Assembly: GCA_965203275.1 (NCBI GenBank)
Contig: OZ241865.1
Span: forward strand, 2,176,001-2,240,000
Length of the DNA: 64,000 bases
Reading direction: 5' to 3'
Source of the DNA: Bdellovibrionales bacterium
GTDB taxonomy: Bacteria; Bdellovibrionota; Bdellovibrionia; Bdellovibrionales; JAUICD01
Made by a program: the position numbers and the translations under genes. The notes beneath the pieces are model-generated. The model saw nothing but the letters and a program-made list of their open reading frames with translations, had not been told where the DNA came from and did no database searches. Position 1 is the stretch's first letter, and the number at the start of each line of letters is the position of its first letter. Positions 61,992-64,000 of the stretch are shown one piece after another.

Positions 61992-62978
61992 ATGTTATAT
62001 CAAGCTTATATTTCTGGCACAGGTTCTTATTTACCTGAAAAAACTTTAACAAACAAAGACCTTGAAACCCTCACGAATACCACAGATGAATGGATCACAG
62101 AACGAACAGGTATCAAGTCGAGACATATTGTCAATGAGCATCAAGCAACAAGTGATATGGCCTTTGAAGCTTCTGTCAAAGCTTTAGAGGTAGCAAATTT
62201 ATCTTCAGATGACATAGATCTTATTTTAGTAGCCACAACAACCCCTGACCATCTTTTACCTAATACAGCTTGTTTACTCCAAGCACGCCTCAAAGCAAAG
62301 CAAATAATGGCCTGCGATCTCTCAGCAGCTTGTTCTGGATTTTTGTATACTCTTGCTGTAGCTGATCAGTTTATTCAGACAGGCTTCCATCAAAATATTT
62401 TAGTTGTAGGAACAGATGTACTCTCTAAATGGTTACATTTTGAGGATAGACAAACTTGTATCTTATTTGGTGATGGAGCAGGTGCTGTTATAGTATCTAG
62501 AAGCTCTTCTGATCAATCAAAGCTTTTAAGCCATCATCTTTCTGCTGATGGATATTTATCTGACCTATTAATTTTACCCGCAGGTGGCAGTCGTTTACCT
62601 ATTACGCATGATGCACTTGATCAAAAACAACACCACTTACAAATGAAAGGCCGGGATGTTTTCAAACATGCTGTCCGTAGCATGTCTGAAGCTTGTACAA
62701 AAGTTTTACAAAAAGCAAATTTATCTATTGAAAGTGTAGATTGGTTTATCCCTCATCAGGCAAATTTAAGGATTATAGAAGCTATTGCTAAACAAATGGC
62801 ATTCCCTTTTGAAAAAGTCATTGTGAATATACAACACACCGGTAATACTTCAGCAGCAAGTATCCCTATGGCTATGGATGAAGCTATCCATCAAGGTCGA
62901 ATCAAAAGAGGACAAGTGATCCTTATGGCTGCATTTGGTGGAGGTTTGACATACGGTGCTTCTGTTATGCGATTTTAG
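61992..62978 (+). CDS. fabH: Beta-ketoacyl-ACP synthase III
   Basis: AACSGF, LFGDGAGA, PHQAN, GNTSAAS. Confidence 0.96.
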   Translation: MLYQAYISGTGSYLPEKTLTNKDLETLTNTTDEWITERTGIKSRHIVNEHQATSDMAFEASVKALEVANLSSDDIDLILVATTTPDHLLPNTACLLQARLKAKQIMACDLSAACSGFLYTLAVADQFIQTGFHQNILVVGTDVLSKWLHFEDRQTCILFGDGAGAVIVSRSSSDQSKLLSHHLSADGYLSDLLILPAGGSRLPITHDALDQKQHHLQMKGRDVFKHAVRSMSEACTKVLQKANLSIESVDWFIPHQANLRIIEAIAKQMAFPFEKVIVNIQHTGNTSAASIPMAMDEAIHQGRIKRGQVILMAAFGGGLTYGASVMRF

Positions 62979-63014
62979 TTTCATTATAGTACATGTAGAA
63001 TACATTATGCTTTT

Positions 63015-63146
63015 CTAGGAATTCTATCAAAATTTATAAATCAAAACTTATAATCTCTAACACCTATAAATAAAACATTCTGACTGAAAAAAGGATAATC
63101 CACATCCCTAAATCAAATGTCAAGCTCAGGAACTGTTAAACTCAGG
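63015..63146 (-). mobile_element. Diverged partial copy of the 17531 MITE, with two tandem terminal repeats
   Basis: CCTATAAATAAA.CATTCT and AAATCAAATGTCAAGCTCAGG match the reverse complement of 17531-17650; second end CTGTTAAACTCAGG at 63133-63146. Confidence 0.7.
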
Positions 63147-63148
63147 GC

Positions 63149-63565
63149 TTATAATTCAAGTTCATTAAGGACGTTTTCAGAAAGCTCTTCGATGATGCCT
63201 CTTACGTTAGTGGACAAAATTTCCCATTGTTCTTTTGTGATAGCTATAACAAGCCCTGTTTCTTCAGGATGATTCTCTTGAGCATAGTCAAAAAGCAATT
63301 GGCCACCTACAATGCTCGCACCAGCTAAAATAGCTCGAAAGGTCCATCGTCCCACAAATCTGCCAGCTCTTCGTATCCTGTGCTTTATTATTTTACCAGT
63401 AAAGGCAACACCTCTTGCTTTGAGATAATTTTCAAAAACCTGTGGATTCTTTGCTTGTAATGAATGTATCAATGTTCTTATTTTTGTCTCGTATTTTGGA
63501 AGGTCTTCTTTAAAGTCATATTTTCCATAATTAACCCATGAATACGTGTCTGACATTATGAGCAT
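63149..63565 (-). CDS. Hypothetical protein or fragment with one hydrophobic segment
   Basis: 138-aa ORF between two IS ends. Confidence 0.45.
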   Translation of the reverse strand: MLIMSDTYSWVNYGKYDFKEDLPKYETKIRTLIHSLQAKNPQVFENYLKARGVAFTGKIIKHRIRRAGRFVGRWTFRAILAGASIVGGQLLFDYAQENHPEETGLVIAITKEQWEILSTNVRGIIEELSENVLNELEL

Positions 63566-63592
63566 GTCCTATAATTCGGTGAATTTTTCTTA

Positions 63593-64000
63593 GAGAAGAT
63601 GTTAAGATAGAAGGCTCCTGGTTGGCATATTTCAGCCAACCAAATTTTATTAACAATTAACTTTTAAAAATAAAAAGAAAGGAGCCATTATGAAGTGTAC
63701 CAAAAATAGTCATTCATTTCAAGTTTCAGCCAATACTTTGTCAGAAATTCGTCAGATTGTAGAGGATGAGATCAAGTCATCTATTCTTTGTTCGGTCTAT
63801 GGTTTTTTTGAAGCAGAGCTATTAGAGCTTTGCGGTGAGCGTTATGGTCGTCATAGAGATACACCATATCATAGAGCTGGTAGTGATAAAGGTAGCATAC
63901 TTGCAGGTGGTCAAAAGTTGCAGGTTAGGAAGCCTCGTGTTAAGCAGTCAGGTCGTGAAGTGAGGCTTAAGATCTATTCAGCCCTTCAACACTATGACAT
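63593..64000 (+). mobile_element. IS256-family element, left end and transposase N-terminus (ATG 63690, runs off window)
   Basis: EAELLELCGERYGR...RAGSDKGSILAGGQKLQVRKPRV is typical of IS256 transposases; GAAGATGTTAAGAT is a candidate end. Confidence 0.8.

Overview
AT-rich bacterial chromosome segment. The housekeeping genes and large lipoprotein/RCC1 surface proteins resemble Bdellovibrionota/Oligoflexia (inference, no search run). About 1-17.7 kb is a decaying defence island: three DNA methyltransferases with truncated, deleted or missing nuclease partners, an AAA-ATPase/DUF3226 pair, a TIR + membrane-protein pair, several toxin-antitoxin modules, three copies of an hsdS-like 3' end, and copies of a small IS-derived element. 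The rest is mostly core genes (pdxA, csp, scpB, gpmI, gcvP, efp, uvrA, mrcA, eno, purB, sufB, yceD, rpmF, fabH), ending in an IS256-like transposase at the right edge. Three things stand out. (1) A dispersed ~145-bp intergenic element has five stems whose changes between copies are compensatory; it occurs in four clusters, including an A-B-A-B-A array. (2) Seven mosaic, membrane-anchored coiled-coil genes of variable stalk length form a tandem array, with two related paralogues nearby. (3) A ~1400-aa repeat/RCC1 lipoprotein gene is out of frame at a C23 tract. No rRNA, tRNA or CRISPR array was recognised.
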